DNA of 64,000 nucleotides from Mobula hypostoma. Taxonomy: Eukaryota. The stretch lies in the NCBI RefSeq assembly GCF_963921235.1, contig NC_086097.1, forward strand, positions 174,780,001-174,844,000. The letters run 5' to 3'. Positions 36,430-50,380 of the stretch are shown in pieces; positions within the stretch are counted from its first letter, which is position 1, and each line of letters starts with the position of its first letter. The notes beneath the pieces were generated by a model. It searched no databases and was not told the origin of the DNA. It saw nothing but the letters and a program-made list of their open reading frames with translations. Position numbers and translations under genes: made by a program.

Positions 36430-37720
36430 TGGAATATGACGGGACTCAAAATAGAGAGATCTTGGGATGGAGGCCAGTAGCTCCCTAAAAGTCGTGCACA
36501 AGTCATAGTTTGGTTTTTTTAAAAAGCATATTTATCTTTATTAGTTGAGGCACTGAGTTCAAGAGTCAATAAGTTATGTTGTAGCTGTATAAAGCTCTAG
36601 TTAGGCCACATCTGGAGTAGGGCTTTTGGCCTGGAGGGATGTGTGGGCTTTGAAGAGTGTGTGTAGGAGGTTCATTGGGATCAGAGGGCATTTGCTATAA
36701 AGTGAAGTTAGACAAACCTGGTTATTGTTTTCTGTAGAGAAGGAGAGGCTGCGGGGACACCTGACAGAGGTTTATAAAATTATGAGAAGCATTGACAGAA
36801 CAGGCAGCCTGTATCTTTTTCCCAGTGTTGAAATGTCTGATATGAGAGGACATCAGTTTAAGAGGAGGGGGAATAAGTTCAGAGGAAATGTGTGTGGCAA
36901 GTTTTTGACACAGGGTGGTGGGTACCCAGAATGTGCTGCTGGGAATGCTTGGTGGAGGCAGACACAATTAACTTGTTTAAGAAACTCTTTGATAAACAAA
37001 TGAATACGCAGGGATGAGAGGTGTTACACTCTGGTTCCGTGGGCTGTGTAAGTCTCGGCAAGACACCCTGCAGCCCCGCCAAACGTGGGAGATTGTAATG
37101 CAAGCCCCCCAAATCCTGCTGTTTGTGTAGATGCTGCGTGATTTGTTACCCTTTTACAAATCAGTACCACAAAATAACAGACAGTGCAGCACATACAATT
37201 AAATGATTTAGCTTTATAATTCTTAATTTGACTAAAGGGTTAGTAAAGAAAAAGCAAAAAAGAGAAAAGGCCCCATTTTAAATGAAGCAGTCTACCGTGC
37301 ACAAGTTGGAGCTCACGGTTTCCCCTTCGCCAATCCTCCTTCGATCTCCCCAGGCTTCATCGAATCACAGCTCCACTCCGCGTCGAGTCCTCCAACTTCA
37401 TCTCTCCAGCGTCTTCTCTCTTCTCCCCTCTCAAATGCCCCAAGCCCAACCTTAGTGTCCCTCACCAGAGAAACCTCCCCTGAATCCGTTCATCCCCATT
37501 GGATGGTGCACATTTCTCCTCACTCTTATCGTCAACAGTAACCCAAGCAAGCAGCTTACACAGAGAAGAGAAAAGCGTAACAGAGAAAAAGTATGAACCA
37601 TGTGAGCCAGGGCATTACAGAGGCATAGGGTCTGTGCTGGCAGAAGAAATCAGATTTAATTAGGGGAAACACTATAGGCCAAAGGGCCTGTTCCTGTTCT
37701 CTACTGTTCTATATATTCTA
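36430..37720 (+). mobile_element. CR1 3' fragment interrupted by a solo LTR
   Basis: FSVEKERLRGHLTEVYKIMRSIDR; the 3' UTR resumes after 37620. Confidence 0.8.
37022..37619. mobile_element. Solo LTR (598 bp)
   Basis: TGTTAC...ATTACA termini with GAGG duplicated at 37018-37021 and 37620-37623. Confidence 0.8.
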
Positions 37721-38142
37721 TTCAACATCCACTCTGTCTCTTTACCTGTATCTTGAAATATTCCAGTCAACATCAGGACTAGTAAGTTTCCGATAGACCA
37801 AGTGCATCTTTCACTAGGTCGATAATCTTCTGTGGTATTTGATATCTGTGTGAGTCCCTGGAACAGCCCAAGAGCTCACAGTCCTGTGTTACACAACTAA
37901 TCAGAGTGAACCTTAACTAAAGCGACCACACCTCTTTCTGGATCTCCCTTCTCCAAAGTATATTCGAGGACCTTCTTGTTGTTGTGTCCCCAGCAAGACC
38001 ATCTTGAAGGACTTCTGATGAGAGAACCCTTCCATCATCACCCAAGCAAGGTCTTGGTGCTTGCTTGTAAATTCTGGTAAAGAGGGTTTCTGCCAAGTGA
38101 CTTTGTCTGCCTGACAAGGGCCACTAGCTCCCTGCATCATAG

Positions 38143-41100
38143 TGTTGTGTATTTAATATTTCAGTAATATTTGAGTAATGTTGTAAATATATTGTGAAGC
38201 ATTCTTTGTTCATTTAAATAATTCATTACTGGTTATATGTAAAAGTATGTGAATGGCATACGTCATCATGCTACCATGTCATACGTGCACACCTTAAAGT
38301 AAAAAACAAAACTAAGACGTGCATTCTCGGCTCTGTGCTTCCTATCAATTAATTTTATGTTTTGGTGTTACAAAGCATAACAGTGCTGATGAGGAAGTTT
38401 TAAATGAACCCGAGATGACTACTTACCTGTTGAAGAACAGTGAGATGTTTTGAGTTTTTTAAAAAAAAAGCACAATGAGAAATGATTGAGTAAAAAAAAC
38501 AGTGCAGCACCTGATTCCTTTGGAAAAGGAGACAGTCAAGTAAAAAAGGCAGAAAATGGACTAAATTCACACATTCATAAACAGTAAGTATCAGGTGATG
38601 AGCATAAATAAAAAGATAAAGCTGAAAAGGCTGGCTGCATCGGAAAGATGGGTATGTTTGATTACACAAGAGGTAATAGGAAAACCTACACTGAATGAAT
38701 TGAATGATATTTTGAAGCAAATGAAATATTCAATGAGAAGTGAGTGCTAGCTTTGTTGAGTGCATTGTGTGGAAGAGCATAGAGTTTACTTAGAAGTTTA
38801 ACTGCTCTAACCAAACCAACTGAAATGAGCTTTGCTGATGTCATGAAAGTAATGCAGGAATATTTAGAACCAAAACCGTTGTTGACTGCAGAATGCTTTA
38901 GGTTTTATAAGTGGAATCAAAAGGAAGAGGAGTCCATTTCAGCATACGTGGCTGAATTGAAGAAATTGTCTGAGTGTTGTCAGTTCTTTGATGAGCTTAG
39001 TGATCTTTTACTTTATGGAATCTTACATGAAAGTATTCAAAAACGGCTCCTAACTGAAGCACGGTTTACATTTAAAAGAGCAGTTGAAATTGCTGTACCA
39101 ATGGAAATAGCAGACAGAGGTGCAATTGAGTTGCAGTTAGGAATGAAAGTGAGCACAAACAAAATTGTAACATCTAAGCAGAAAGTGGAAGGGCAGAGCA
39201 AATTGTGTTACCATTGTGGCAGTGGCTCACATTCAGCAGGCCAATGCAGGTTTAAAGGTGAAATCTGCAGAAAATGCAACAAAGTCAGATACATAAATAA
39301 GTAAATGGACTGCACAGGGAAAAAGATAACAACATCAAGTTCCAGTTTTAGAAAGAGATCTAACCTGCATGCTGTTGATTTAAAAACTTTGATAATGATG
39401 AGAGTGACTCAAGATTTGGTAGTCTTGAGCTTTATAATGTGAAAACTAACAATAGATGAGCAGTATAGCTTACACCAAAAGAGAATGGCATATTAATTTA
39501 AGTGGAATTGGACACTGTCTCGGCTCTCTCAGTCATTCCATAAAAAGAGTTTGAACAGCATTTCAAAGATACCGAACTGAAGCCTGCAGATATCCAACTA
39601 AGAACTTATACTGGCAAGAAAGATAACTCCTGTGGGAATGACATTCGTAATAGTGAAATACAACCACCAACAAGCCGCAATAGGAGTGCCAGCTTTGTGG
39701 GGGTGCAGTTGGTTGAGACATCTACGACTTGAGTGGAGATCCGTCCACCATTTTCATGCTACATCCTCTGCAGTAGAGTCAACAACGCGAATCAAGAAGG
39801 GTACTGGATAATGCCACAGCACTGGAAAACTCAAACATATCAGGGGTAAAGTCGTGTTAAATGAAACGGCCACACCCAAATTTTATAAAGCCTTGTACCA
39901 TCGATGATAAAGTAGCTAGTGAGCTAGATTGCATGAAGGCTGAAGGAATTCTTTCTGAGGTTGAGTGGAGCTAAAGGGTAATGTCAGTAGTCCCAGTATG
40001 CAAGAAGAATGCGTCTGTCAGGATCTGTGGTGATTTTAAGGTCACCATCAGCCCAATGCTGAAAGTAGATCAATACTCTCTGCCCAGGACAGAGGACGTC
40101 TTTGCAAACCGCTATGTATGGAAACACTTCAGCAAAGTGGACATTGCTGAGGCTTACCTACAGATGGAGATGGAAGAAGAGTCCAAAGTGTTTCTCACCA
40201 TAAGTGCCCACAAATAGCTTTATGACTGTCATGGGCTTATTTTTTGACTAGCATCTGCACCCGTACTCTGGCAGAAAGCGACAGATCAGTTGTTGCCAAG
40301 TACTCAGTGTTACCCGGATGACATCATTATTACTGGTAAGGATGTCAAGGAACATCTCCAAAATCTCAAGAGAGTATTAAAAAGATTAGAAGAGTATGGT
40401 GCATCAAGTGCAAATTCTTTACTGTGAATTCTTCACTGACTGTGAAACACCATCAATGCACAAGGGTTACACAACTGTGCTGAGAAAATTCTAGTAGTGG
40501 TGGATTCTCCAAGGCCAAAGGACATTTCACAGTTGTTATTCTTTTTAGCATTTGTCAACTACTGTAATAGATTCCTGCCAAACCTGGCTACTGTGCTCCA
40601 CCCCTTGAATTCATTACTATGGACCAGGAAGAAATGGCACTGGACAAGGCAATGTCAGGTTGCTTTCCAAAAGACGAAGGAAATGCTGACATCAGACACT
40701 GTATTCACACATTATGATCCACTGGTAAAACTAGTGGACCTTGCTTGTAAAATCCTGCCTTTTGGTTCAGGTGCAGTCATGTCACAGGTTATGAGTGATA
40801 GAAATGAACGCCCCATAGCCTTTGCATCGTGTTCCCTTGCCTCAGAGAAAAATTATGCACAGATTGAAAGAGAGGTCTTGAGTCTGGTTTGGGGTGTAAA
40901 ACATTTCAACCAGTACTTGCGTGGGAGAGAAATTACTCTCATTACTGTTCATCAACCACTAGTGTCCATTTTCAATCCACTAAAAGCAGCAGCACGAGTG
41001 CAGAGATGGGCTTTGTTTCTTGGAGGACACAATTACTAGATCAGAGTCAAGAGGACAACTAATTGTGGAAATGTTGATGGATTGTCCCTTTTACCTTTGG

Positions 41101-42087
41101 AAAAGGAAATAACTGAAAATTTACAAAAGAGGGCATTCCTCTTGGCGGATTCTCCCTAATGCAAATCAGAGATCTCCCTTTTATGGCAGAGATGATCTAA
41201 AGGGAAATCGGAAAAGAACCTCACTATCCAGCTCTTCATGCCATCTCAAAATGGCTGGAATGTGCAGCAGGAACTCTTGTTCCCTCCCCACTTTTTTTTT
41301 AACCAATGCAGGGATGAACTTACCTTTGAAAGAAGTTGCCTTATGTGGGGATTGAGAGTTGTTGTACCATCGAAGCTGGGAGTTATAGTGTTGGAGGAGC
41401 TAGATGCTGGTCATCTAGGTGTGGTCCAAGTGAAAGTGTTGGCTTAAAGCTTTGTCTGGAGGCCTGAGATAGATCAGCAGATCGAGCAGCTTGTCATGAA
41501 CTGTTCGAGATGCCAACACGTCCAGAAGAAAGGTGTCCAGAGCTGTCAGAACCACTTCCTGCAGTCCCAGAGTCAACTCCTACAACCATCACAGAGGAGG
41601 CCCCAGAACTTGAGATTGTTTCACAGCCACAAGTCTCACCTGCCAAAAAGAGTAACCCTCCTTGTCAGAAAAGATATTATCCCACAAAAGTAAGAAATCC
41701 TCCGCAGCGATTAAATCTATAGGTCTGAATGGAACAATCTAAAATTTACTCTGCTATTGATGTCTATATACGTAGTAGTTGTATTATATAGTATACTGTG
41801 TGTGTATAAAATAGTTGAGATGGATTCTATATTGAGGGAGTTCATAGCTAAGCAGGGAGGAGTGTCGTGTATTTAATACTTAAGTAATATTTGAGTAATA
41901 TTGTAAATGTATTGTTTGGTTATGCATTCTTTACGGGTTATATGTAAATGTACATGACTGACATACAATATCATGCCACCATGTAATCTGTGCATGTCTC
42001 GCTAAAGTAAAAACAAAACTAAGACGCGCATTCCTGGCTGTGTTTCCTTTCAGATGCTTTTATGTTTCAGAGTTACAAATCATAACA
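38143..42087 (+). mobile_element. Gypsy (Mag-like) LTR retrotransposon with both LTRs; decayed gag-pol, integrase core deleted
   Basis: LTRs 38143-38382 and 41863-42087 (TG..CA); PPT aagcagggaggag; TSD catag/cacag; gag CYHCGSGSHSAGQC; protease ELDTVSA; RT RICGDFK and YPDDIII; RNase H EKNYAQIERE. Confidence 0.92.
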
Positions 42088-42109
42088 CACAGGGACTCAC
42101 TGAGTACCC

Positions 42110-43093
42110 GTGTTAGGCAACCCTTACCTTACAATTTCTGTTTGCCCCATTACGGAAGGGTGTGGAGGCTTTGGAGAGTGTGCAGATGCAGGCTATCTGG
42201 ATTGTGCTGTATTATCTTTTAAAAGAGAATGGGCAAACTTGGATTGTTCCTCTGGAGCATCAGAGGCTGAAAGGTGACCTGATAGAATGATATAAAATTA
42301 TAAGAATCTTTTTAATTCCTGGGATAGAAATGTCAAGCACTAATGATGTGCAATTAAGGTGAAGGAGGGCAATTTTTTTATTCCTCAGAAAGTGGTGGGT
42401 GCCTGTAATGGGCTGCCAGGAGTGGTAATGAAAGCAAATATGACAGTGGCACTTAAGAGTCTGGCAGATACATGAACGTGCAGAGGATGGAGGGATATGG
42501 ATCATGTATTGGCAGAAGTGCTTCAGTTTAATTCAGCATTGTGGCTAGCACAACATCGAGGACTGAATGGCCTGATCTTGTGCTGTACTGTTGTGTATTT
42601 GATGTGTTATGAGACTGATCCTGGAAATGCAAAGGTTGACATATGAGGAGCATTTGATGGCTTTTGGCCTTTACTTGCTAGAGTTTAGAAGAATGAGGGA
42701 AATCCCATTGAAACCTACCGAATACTGAAAGGCCTAGATAGACTAGACGTGGAGAGAATGTTTCCAGTAGTGGGGGAGTCTAGGAGCAGAGGGCTCAGCC
42801 TCAGAATAGAAGGATAACCCTTTAGAAGAGAGATGAGAAGGAATTTCTTTAGCCAAGGGTGGTGGATCTGTAAAATTTATTGACACAGATAGCTGTGGAG
42901 GTCAAGTCATTTGGTATATTTACAATGGAAGTTGATGGGTACTTAATTAGTAAGGATGTGAAAGGTTATAAATAGAAGGCAAGAGAATGGGGTTGAAAGT
43001 GTTAATAAATCACCCATGATTGAATGGTGGAGTAGACTCCATGAGTGAACGGCCTAATTCTGCTCCTATGTTTGTCCTATGGTCTTATGGTCT
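42110..43093 (+). mobile_element. Two consecutive CR1 3' fragments
   Basis: Typical CR1 C-terminal coding and 3' UTR segments; ends in (tatggtct)n. Confidence 0.75.
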
Positions 43094-43120
43094 TTTACAA
43101 CGGTTAATTTTCCACCTCTT

Positions 43121-43259
43121 CTTCCACACCAATCAAATCCTGTCATTTATGAGGGAGTTCTGTGCTTTGTTGAACCTCCTTGGATGTGTGATCATGTGAC
43201 ATTTGCTAAGTAAACCTGGTTCAGATGTTTGTAGTTGAAGCACAGCTTGCGCAAGTTTT
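43121..43259. repeat. Copy 2 of the diverged ~140-bp duplicated sequence
   Basis: Aligns colinearly with 35931-36070. Confidence 0.7.
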
Positions 43260-43329
43260 CGGGTTGCTGTTTCTGGAAGTGTATCTCAGATGCTATTGTA
43301 CCTCAGATATTTCAAAGTAGCTCACTGAG

Positions 43330-44005
43330 AGCAAAAAAATCAGCCAAGCTGGAGGAACTCAGCTGGCCAGGCACCATCTGTGGAGAGAAATGGGCAATGG
43401 ATTGACCCCTTTACCTGTATTGAAAGACAAAGGGGAGGTGGCCAGCATAAAGAGTAGAGGGAGAAGTTATGGAGCTAGAGGTGGCAAGCTGATAGGTGGA
43501 TCTAGGTGAGAAGGGGTGATAGGCAGATGGAGAAAAGGAGAATGAGAATAGTGACGGAGGCTGGGAGGTGATAGGTGGAGGTGACAAAGCTGCAGATGGT
43601 GGAATCTGATGGGAGAGGAAGGTGCATCTCCCTTAAGTAAGGGAGATGGGAAGGGCAGATGGGAATGGTAGGGGAGTGGATACTGCATGATGGGCAGATA
43701 GGGTGGGGAAAGGAGGGCAAAAGATCAGTGATAAGTGGCTGGGGGTGGGCTGGTGCAAAAGGGAAAGAGAAAAGGGTCAGGGGGCACAGGTCACCTCAAT
43801 CTGAGAAATTCAATGTTGATGCAGTTGGGTTATAGCCTATCCAGGTGGAAGACAAGGTGCTGTTCCTCTCATTTGTGTCTGGCTTCACCCTGGCGGTGGA
43901 GGAGGCCAAATACAGATAGGTTGGTGTGGGAACGGAGAGTGAAATTACAATGGCAGGCAACAGGAGCTTTATTCAGCTGCGGTGGATAGAACAGTGATAC
44001 TCAGA
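43330..44005 (-). mobile_element. Old Penelope-like 3' fragment
   Basis: pLTR motif gctggaggaactcagc, purine-rich spacer, reverse complement of the GIY-YIG tail. Confidence 0.7.
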
Positions 44006-44057
44006 AGCTCACTGAGAAGCAGGTGAAAATGTTCCTCACAGGTGCCGTGGATGTTAC

Positions 44058-44553
44058 ATGGGTCACCTTATTAAGTTCAGGAATGGAACCCAGTATGATT
44101 TTCTGTAGCTGAGCCACTTCATCTATTTATCGTGTTGTATGTTCAGAGATGTTCTTTTGCACACCGCTTTGATAACACGTGATTATTTGAGTTACTGTCA
44201 ACTTCTTGTCAGCTTGAACCAGTCTGGTCATTCTCCTCTGACCCCTCTGACCTCCCTCAGTAAAAAGGGCTTTCTGCCCACAGGACTGGATTTTTTTTTT
44301 GTTCTTTACACCATTCTCTTTAAACCCTGGAGTCTGTTATGCATGCAAATCCCAGGAGATCAGCAGTTTCTGAGGTATTCAAACCACCCAATTTGCACCA
44401 ATAATCATTCCATGGTCAAAGTCACTTAGATCACATTTCTTCCCTATTCTAATGTTTGGTCTGAACACCAAACGGCAGTTGCTGCTACATGATTGGCTGA
44501 TTAGATACTTGCATTAACAAGCAGGTGTACCTAATAAAATGACCACTGAGTGT
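44058..44553. mobile_element. Tc1-like non-autonomous element
   Basis: Right end gtgtacctaataaaatgaccactgagtg|ta; degenerate left end gtcaccttattaag; interior resembles fish Tc1 MITEs. Confidence 0.65.
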
Positions 44554-44739
44554 ATATGTCTTCCAATGTGTAAAGTTCGAATCAGATTCCAGATCATTTC
44601 TGGAGTATACATTCTCTGTGTGCTTCGTGTAAATCATCATATCATTGGCAATTACTGAGTAGAGAATAGAAATTGAAAGTGCTCTTTTCCATTCCATTGG
44701 TGGGACACCCATATCCCTGACAAGGCCAGACAATTAATA

Positions 44740-45035
44740 CTTGTCTTCAGTTTTCCTTGAACTGAGCTGCTCATTAGGTCTGGGTTGTGGGTGTAGAGTC
44801 ACATATAGTCCCAACTGGGTAATGGTGGCAGATTCTTGTGACAAAATGTGTTCGTTAAACAGGTTTTATCTTTGAGGTAACCTCTCATTGTTTACTGGTC
44901 CACCATTAATGACACTGCTGTTCCTCATGTGTTTTAATTAATCAAATTTAAATTCCTAAACTGCCTTGGTGGTGTTTGAGCTTGTGACTCTGTGTCTTTA
45001 GCCAGTGTTCTGGAATGGTGGCCTTGTGATTTAAT
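44740..45035 (-). mobile_element. Deu-domain SINE-like remnant
   Basis: gtgggtgtagagtcacatatagtcccaactgggtaatggtggcagatt resembles the reverse complement of the shark DeuSINE core. Confidence 0.45.
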
Positions 45036-45639
45036 ATTGGTTAATTTAATCTGAAGATCTGCCTCCCTTCAAACCATTCTAGGTCAGGTAATTGGTAACT
45101 GGGTTATTGCATGTATTAAGGTACAGTGGAAGACTTTATTTTTCATGCTATCCATATAGATCCAATAGAAGCTCTTTTCCCATTACTATTGTTAAGGAAT
45201 GGTACAGGAGCCTGAAGACACACACTCAAATGTTTTAGGAACAGTTTCCTCCCCTCTGCCATCAGATTCCTGAACTGTCCAGCTCATTGTTCCTCTGTAG
45301 CTATTAGCAATGTTTATGTCTTGCACTGTATTGCTGCCACAAAACAACACATTTCAGAACATATGTAAGGGATAATAAACTTAATTCTGATTCATTTCAT
45401 GGCATACAGTGCAAATTACAAACTATAAAAAATGCAAATGAAGTTTAATAGTTACATAGGAATTGCAGTGCAACCAGACAATCAGGTGCAAGTGTCAGGA
45501 TGAGGTAGGTGGTGAGGTCAGAAATTGATCTTTATTGTACAAGAGGACTATTCAGTAAAACAGTGAGTGGAAGCTGCCCTTGAGCCAGTCAGTGCATGGT
45601 TTCAAGTTTTTGTATCGTCTGACTAATGGGGGAAATAAT

Positions 45640-46605
45640 TAAAAGTAAATTTTAATTTCAAAGTACATGTATGTCACCATGCACAACCCTGAGGGCATTC
45701 TCAATGAATTTATAGAACAGTAACTATAACAGGATCAGTGAATGACTTCCCAACTAGGGCACTCAACCAGAGTACAGAAGACAACAAGCTGCGCAAATGG
45801 AAATATAAATAAAAAGCAATAAATTACGCAAACATGAGGTGAAAAGTCCTTGACTGTGAGTCTTTTAGTTGTGGGAACATTTCAATGATGGGGAAGTGAA
45901 GTTAACCCCTTTTGTTCAAGAGCCTGATGGTTGAGGGGAAGTAACTGTTCTTAGTAGTGCAAGCCCTGAGGCTCTTGTACCTTCTACCTGAAGGCAGCAG
46001 CGAGAAGAGAGCATGACCTGTGTGGTGAGGATCTTTGATGATGGATGCTGCTTTCCTATGACATCATTTCATACAGATGTGCTCAACGGTTGGGAGGGCT
46101 TTACCCATGATGTACTGGGCCAAATCTAATACTTCTTGTAGAATTTTCCATTCAGGGGCATTGGTACTTCCATACCTGGCTGTGATGCAGCCAGTCAATA
46201 TATTCTCCACCACACATCTACAAAAGATTGTCAAAGTTTCAAATGTCATACCAAATCACCGCAAACACCGAGGGAAGTTGAGGCACTGCCATGCTTCCTT
46301 TGCAGTTGCACATACAGGTCCTCTCAGACAGTAACACATTGGAATGGAAAGTTGCTAACCCTCTTCATCTCTGATCCTCTGATGAGGACTGGCTCATGGG
46401 CCTCCGGTTTCTCTCTCCTGAAGTCTATAACCAGCTCCTTGGTCTTGCTGACATTGAGTAAAAGGTTGTTGTGACACCACTCAGGTTTTCAATCTCCCTC
46501 CCACATGCTGATTCATCACCATCTTTTACTCGGCCAATGACAGTGGTGTCATCAGCAAACTTGAATATGGCATTGGAGGTGTGCTTAGCCGCACAGTGTA
46601 AAGCA
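45640..46605 (-). mobile_element. Rex1/Babar-like LINE 3' fragment (RT end)
   Basis: FCRCVVENILTGCITARYGS and the reverse complement of KFADDTTV. Confidence 0.75.
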
Positions 46606-49600
46606 GGAATGGGAAGGGGAGAAGTGAGAATGACTGGAGTGCATGGGTCCTTGATTATCTTGGTGGTTTCCTGATGCAGCAGGAAGTACAGACAGGGTTA
46701 AAGGGAGGGAGGCTGGTTTCGGTAATGGATTGAGTTGTGTCCACAACTAATAATTTCTTGTGGACGGAGTAGTTACTGTAGCAAGCTGTAATGCATCTGG
46801 ATAGATGCTTTCTATGTTGCACTTGTAAAAATTGGTGAGGGTTAATGGTGATACGGTGAATTTCCTCGTGTACGGCTCTGCCTTTAATAAGGAGAAAATG
46901 TTGCCCCTCTGTTCCCTTGGCATCAGTGGAGAGATAAATGGATTTAATACTTAGAGCATTTAAGCTGCAAGGATGATAAGTGGTTTGGGAAGGAAATGAG
47001 GAACTAATATTGAGGACAACATCAGATCACCCATAATCCAGTTGAATGGCGGAGGAGGTTGGAGCAATCCACTATTGTTCCTTCATCTTGTATAACTTGG
47101 GAGAATGAGCATGCTTTAAACTGCAGGGAATGGGGAGCGGTGTAGGACTGGTGATGAGGTGGCAACTGCGAGAGACTGAATGGTATGATTAATGGTGATG
47201 CTGGCTGAGAGAGAGGAGAGTCTTGTTCATTTCAGATGAATTACAATTGGAATATAACTTAAAAGCTATTTGAAGGGGTACATGGATAGCAATGGTTTGG
47301 CGAGAGATGGGCAAAATGCAGACAAATGGGACTAGCTTGGATTAACAACTTGGTCACAGGGAGAAGTTGGGCTGAAGGTCCTGTTTTTGTGCTGTTATCC
47401 TCTGTGACTTGATGACCTGATGGGAGGAGATGTAAGTAGAAGAGATAATTGAGGATAAGAGAGAGAGATTTAAACACAAAATGTGCTAGAACTGACATAT
47501 GAAGTAGAGTAGTTGTTGGGGGTAAAAGCCTGCTGGAAAAGTAGGAGCTAGAAGACCAGGTGATGCATCTCCTGTTGTTGAACTTAAGGCTTGGTGTTGA
47601 GGATCGTGGTTTGCACAGATGGAATATACAGTGCTGCTCCTCAAGCTTACATTGGACCAATGTACGGTAGGTGGGCAAAGACAGAGTGAAGTGGAGAATT
47701 AAAGTAACAGGTGACTGGAAGTGCAGGATCTCTCTCAGGAACTGAACTGGTAATTAGTGCTGGTTTATTATGAGTGCCAGTTGGACACATCGTAACTGCA
47801 CCAAGGCAGTACAAAAGGAAAACAAAAGTTAATGCAAAATATACTGTTAGAGTTATAGACAAAGTGCAGTGCAGATGGACAATAAGGAGCAAGGGCCCCA
47901 ATGAGGTAGACTGAGAGGTCAAGAGATAATTTTAAGAGGTCCATTCAAGTGTCTTATAACGGTGAGATAGAAACCGCCCTTAAGCTGGGTCGTGTGTGTT
48001 CTCGAGGTTTTGTATCATCTGCCCAATAGAAAGTGGAAGGAAAGAGAATGTCCTGGGTGGGAGAGGTCTGTGATTATGTTGACTGATGTCCTGAGGCAGC
48101 AGGAAGTGTAGACAGAGTCCATGGAGGGAAGGCTGGTTTATATAATGTACTGAGCTGTGTCCACAGCTCTCTGCAATTTCTTACCATCTTTGGCAGAGAA
48201 ATTGTCCTATCAAACTGTGATGCATCTAGGTAGGTTGCTTTCTGTGATACGTCTAGAAATTCAGCGAGGTCAGCAGGGGCATACTAACTTCCTTTGGCTT
48301 CCTGAGGAAGTAGAGGTTAGTGCCTGTACTGGCACACTAAACATGGGAGCAGTCTCCACAATGCCTTGCACGTTATTGTTTACCTGCATCACATTTTCAT
48401 TGTAAATGTAACACTATATTCTGCATGCTGTTATTGCTTTACCTTGTACTTGATCTATATGGATGGCATGCCAAAAACAAGTTTTTAATTTTACCTCAGT
48501 ACGTGTGACAAAAATAAACCGATTACCAGTTGCAAGGCACTGATCTCCATGTAGCTCAACTCTCACCTAGCAGCACTCCTAACTCTGAAACAGATTGGGA
48601 ATCAGATGCATCGGACAGTTGGAAACACCCTTTCAGTCCACGGAGTTCGTGCATCAGACACTTATTCACGCAAGTCCACCAATTACCTACTGATTCCGTC
48701 TCCCCTCTCCACCCTCGAGCCTGATACGGGGTTTTGACCTGAAACATTGGAAGTTCCTTTCCCCCGTTACAGATGTTGCTCCATCAGATTCTTTGTTGCT
48801 TTCCTATTCACACTATTTCGATTTATTCTCCCCACATTTCCATCAACCCACCCCCCCTTCCCAGATTCCGGCACTCACCCACACAATTCATTGTGGCTGA
48901 TTAATCTACCAATCTGCACTTCTGCATGACATGGAGTGATGGAGTGTCTGGGGGGAACCCACACAGTCACAGAAAGGGCATGCAGCTTGCACACAGACAA
49001 TAAGGAGGTCAGGATAGAACTTGGGTCCACAGAACTGTGGGTGTCTTCCCCTTCGGGTTCCCACTGAAGCCTCTTCACCTGAGACCCCTTCCTCCCAACT
49101 CATCCAGTGGTCTTGTTTACCACTTATCCGTGGCATATGTTGTGACAGATCGTTGCATAAAAAGATTATCAGCGATTTAAGCAGTGACTTTCTCACACAC
49201 TGATTAAAGCAAACTGCAATTTCTAAGCTGCAGTCTCTTAAAGCACAGAGAAAATATAATAAATACAGATAAGATCGTTTTTAAACAGTCTTCTGCATGA
49301 CTCACAATGCACACCTTCTTCACATTGACAAGTGCAAACACTTCCACTGTCAAAACCTAACACCATCAATGATTTAATTAAACTAGAACAGCTGGAACTC
49401 AGATTTTCATTCACTGTTTTAAACCAGAGGAATTTTTAACAACCCCAAAGCACAGCACTTAAAAGAGAATTAATCAAGTATTTAAGCAGAAATAGTATTT
49501 TATTAAAAATTAGGAAGAACCAGAGGAAAGATGAAATTCTATGTTGTTCACATAGTGCATTGCTGTGATTTGGGATCTGCTGCCAGGAAGGATAATGGAT

Positions 49601-50314
49601 GTAAATTCAACAGGAAATTTCAAAGACATGATTGGAAAAGGGTTTTAAAAAAACGAGATGCTACATTGCCATGGAGACACAACAGACTGCAGATGCTGGA
49701 ATCTGGAGCAACAAACAAAATGTTTGAGGAACTCGGCAGGTCAGGCAGCATCTGTGGGGAGAATATGGAAATTTAACATTTCTGGTTAAGACCTTCCTTG
49801 AGACCTCACTCTGAAGAGGTTTCCCTCTACTGCAAACTCAGTGAGTTTCATGAGACCCTTTCTCACTACAGTCCCTCTCTAATTTACACCTATCACTTGC
49901 CAGGCCTCGTTCTCTCTTCCCTCTCATCTTCGAATACTTTGGTTTGCGTGGAATAATGGGCCTTGGGGCATATTTTGTAATCTGTATGACTGTTTCAAAA
50001 AAAACGGGTGGTCAGAAACTAGTGAAACAGAGGTTTAAAGTGATTGGAGGATAGATTAGAGAGGGGTAATAAAATTATTTTCACCATAGGGTGGTGGGGA
50101 TCTGGAACCCTCTGCTTGCAGGAGTGGAAGATGCAGAAACCCCTCACCACAATTGCCAAGTGCCTGGAGGACTGCAGTGAAAGTTGCTGATGTTAAGCAG
50201 GGTAGGCAGAATAAGTTGAATAGCCTCTGACATCTCAGTTTCTGTTTTCCTATGAGAGGGCGTAGATGGCTTAATGATCTTCTGTGCCCTGTCATCTTAA
50301 AACCACAGAGGTGG

Positions 50315-50380
50315 TGGACTGGTGGTGTAGTGGCATCAGTACTGGACTTTGAAGTGAGTGGTCGTGGGTTCGAATCCTGT
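50315..50380 (+). mobile_element. tRNA-derived SINE head (Pol III A/B boxes)
   Basis: A box TGGTGTAGTGG at 50323-50333; B box GGTTCGAATCC at 50367-50377; no acceptor stem. Confidence 0.6.

Noticed and set aside
44485..44733. 82-aa minus-strand ORF
   Set aside because: Runs into a Tc1 terminal repeat; no convincing splice sites or homology.
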